From contig CAYFGC010000001.1 in NCBI GenBank assembly GCA_964342625.1, positions 1 through 49,892 on the forward strand: a stretch of 49,892 bases of DNA. Direction: 5' to 3'. Positions 48,330 to 49,892 of this stretch are shown piece after piece. The DNA is from an uncultured Candidatus Poseidoniales archaeon. Lineage in GTDB: Archaea; Thermoplasmatota; Poseidoniia; Poseidoniales; Thalassarchaeaceae. Each line of letters starts with the position of its first letter. Position 1 is the stretch's first letter. The notes beneath the pieces are model-generated. The model was not told the origin of the DNA and did no database searches. It was given only the letters and a program-made list of their open reading frames with translations. Made by a program: the position numbers and the translations under genes.

Positions 48330-49892
48330 CTACTCATCTAGGTCCTCTTCTCTTTCATTGTAGATTGAGAGTAGGAAGTAACCCCCAACAGCAGCCGCTA
48401 TCACCAAGGCGATTAAGGCAGGAATAACTGTGGTATCTTGATCATCATCGACTATCGTCCAGTTCACGCTCTGACTGTTCATCTGCCCTCCTCCAAAAGC
48501 AAACTCGTCAACCAGTTGAGTGGGAGTTAGGATCCTGCACGAGATCGAATCCTGGCCTGAGACTGATACCCTCCAACTGAAAGAAATCGTCACCTGCTCC
48601 CCAGGACCTATGATTGAATTAGGGAAAGATGGCGAGATCTGCGCAGTAGTGTTGGTGCTGACATCCTCACAATTGAGTGCCAATGATGCCGCTGCAGAAC
48701 CAGAATTCAAGATTACGGCTTCAACATTCACTGAATCCCCGGCTGCGGCTTCGCTTAGTGCACCCTCTTCGCCGACAACAACCAAGCCAACCCAAGACAC
48801 CATCGGAGTTCCGCTTTCGACTACTACTTCCGAATCCCAGGAGAGTTGGAATTGGCCCCCTCCGTAATCTCCAATCCCCGACTGCTCAGGATTCCATGCA
48901 GTTCTGTAGTCAGTAATGGTCACAACTGCTTCTTCACTCCATATCGGACTCTCTTCCCATGTATTGTTTTCGGACCAGGCAATCTCGATCACCCTCTCCC
49001 TCCCCCCATCGATGAAAGAAACCCCCGCTTCGTTGCTGAAGTTTGAGTAACTCGGGAATCTGTGCATTCCCGAGATTTCGTATGTCACGAACATCGCATC
49101 GAATGATAGGCTCTGTCCGGTCAACCTCCTTTCCCATTTGTCAGTCAGTCCCCCTGAGCCTCCAACATCATCTCCCCAGTTTATCGATGAAAAAGCCCCT
49201 GCTCTGATATCATGATCATCAGTACTGTTTGAGAATCTCGTATCCCCACCTAGATGAATTTCTGCATCGTCGCTGGTCAGTAGGATTGGCCCAACCCTGT
49301 CAAGGTTCGTGCCATTAATTCGGAGGATTCCCGAGGTGGAAACCAGGCCTCCGAAGATGGAAGAAGAGTCTGAATGCATAGCTCCTTCAATTTCAATTGT
49401 GAAACCGGGCACCCCATTGACCATCATATTTCGATGTGAGAAATCTGCAGCATCAGCCCAGACCCTTTCTTGACCACCTCTTTCAACACTGATTTCGCTA
49501 AGTGAAATCGGGTGGCAAAGAGGGCCTGTCAAACCAACCCAAGTTTCGACAGGTCCGTTTCCGAGAGGGATAAAGTCCTCATCTCCACTCAGGTCCTTGG
49601 TTTCGTTTCCAAAATGCGCTACTACTCCGTCCAGCGTGAACCCTTGAATTGGCCGTACGTACATCCTGACATTCTGGTCTGAGGACGAAGAAGCCAATAC
49701 TGCAGATCTGTTACCTTCGTCACAATACCCGAATCCGGCCAATCCGGATGGGGGCTGGATCGAACTTAGCTCTGAATTTTCTATAGTCAACGAAGATGTT
49801 GGATCGACATAGATTTCGACTCCATTGCTGATATCTACTTGCGAATTTACGAAAGATAGTGAACCACCATTCACAACTCTGACATTCTGAGA
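48330..49892 (-). CDS. surface protein, 5'-truncated by the window end: beta-helix-like repeats, CARDB-like module, C-terminal TM and short acidic tail
   Basis: The frame stays open from 49874 to the window edge (…SQNVRVV-NGGSLSF). It has repetitive G/S/N-rich strands (VEIYVDPTSSLTIENSEL, ILRINGTNLDRVGPILLTSDDAEIHLGGDT), a CARDB-like AGDSVNVEAVILNSGSAAASLALNCED, then TM IPALIALVIAAAVGGYFLLSIY and NEREEDLDE. Confidence 0.7.
   Translation of the reverse strand, partial: SQNVRVVNGGSLSFVNSQVDISNGVEIYVDPTSSLTIENSELSSIQPPSGLAGFGYCDEGNRSAVLASSSSDQNVRMYVRPIQGFTLDGVVAHFGNETKDLSGDEDFIPLGNGPVETWVGLTGPLCHPISLSEISVERGGQERVWADAADFSHRNMMVNGVPGFTIEIEGAMHSDSSSIFGGLVSTSGILRINGTNLDRVGPILLTSDDAEIHLGGDTRFSNSTDDHDIRAGAFSSINWGDDVGGSGGLTDKWERRLTGQSLSFDAMFVTYEISGMHRFPSYSNFSNEAGVSFIDGGRERVIEIAWSENNTWEESPIWSEEAVVTITDYRTAWNPEQSGIGDYGGGQFQLSWDSEVVVESGTPMVSWVGLVVVGEEGALSEAAAGDSVNVEAVILNSGSAAASLALNCEDVSTNTTAQISPSFPNSIIGPGEQVTISFSWRVSVSGQDSISCRILTPTQLVDEFAFGGGQMNSQSVNWTIVDDDQDTTVIPALIALVIAAAVGGYFLLSIYNEREEDLDE

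Overview
This is a very gene-dense window, about 97% coding by my gene model and roughly 50% GC by eye, and it looks like archaeal chromosome. Archaeal identity rests on aRF1 (NIKS and GGQ motifs), aIF2-beta, aTrm56, class I LysRS, a Nog1-type GTPase, archaeal-type UMP kinase, a GfcR-like HTH-PRTase and an XPD helicase. GGAGG-type Shine-Dalgarno sequences precede many starts. A lipoate-dependent 2-oxoacid dehydrogenase operon plus giant sequon-rich surface proteins suggests a marine Thermoplasmatota (MGII/Poseidoniales-like) organism. That assignment is inference only; no search was run.

Layout:
- 0-20 kb: housekeeping genes (trm56, carAB, lysK, dut, aIF2b, a PCD-nitroreductase operon, nog1, pyrH, aRF1, argS, a peroxiredoxin, an M28 peptidase).
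- 20.1-28.8 kb, minus strand: a tight lipA-E1alpha-E1beta-E2-E3-lipB-class V aminotransferase operon, with ubiX after a 42-nt gap.
- 28.8-30.1 kb: a PTR1/FolM-like reductase, a FolB/FolX-like protein and tRNA-Leu(UAA).
- 30.2-42.2 kb: two huge surface proteins (984 aa and 2,986 aa).
- 42.2-49.9 kb: a small acidic protein, XPD, the largest non-coding gap in the window, an RHH regulator divergent from an HD dNTPase-like gene, gdhA, and a third, truncated surface protein.

I saw no rRNA, CRISPR array, transposase or integrase.

The most unusual elements are:
- The 2,986-aa protein. It fuses TSP3-type repeats, a transglutaminase-like core that seems to lack the catalytic His, Ig-like modules, a TM helix and a DUF4129-like tail.
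- The 268-bp gap at 44.76-45.03 kb, which contains strong hairpins.
- Two separated pterin modules: PCD with a nitroreductase-family protein, and a FolM-like reductase with a FolB/X-like protein.

All family calls are by-eye motif recognition, not database results.
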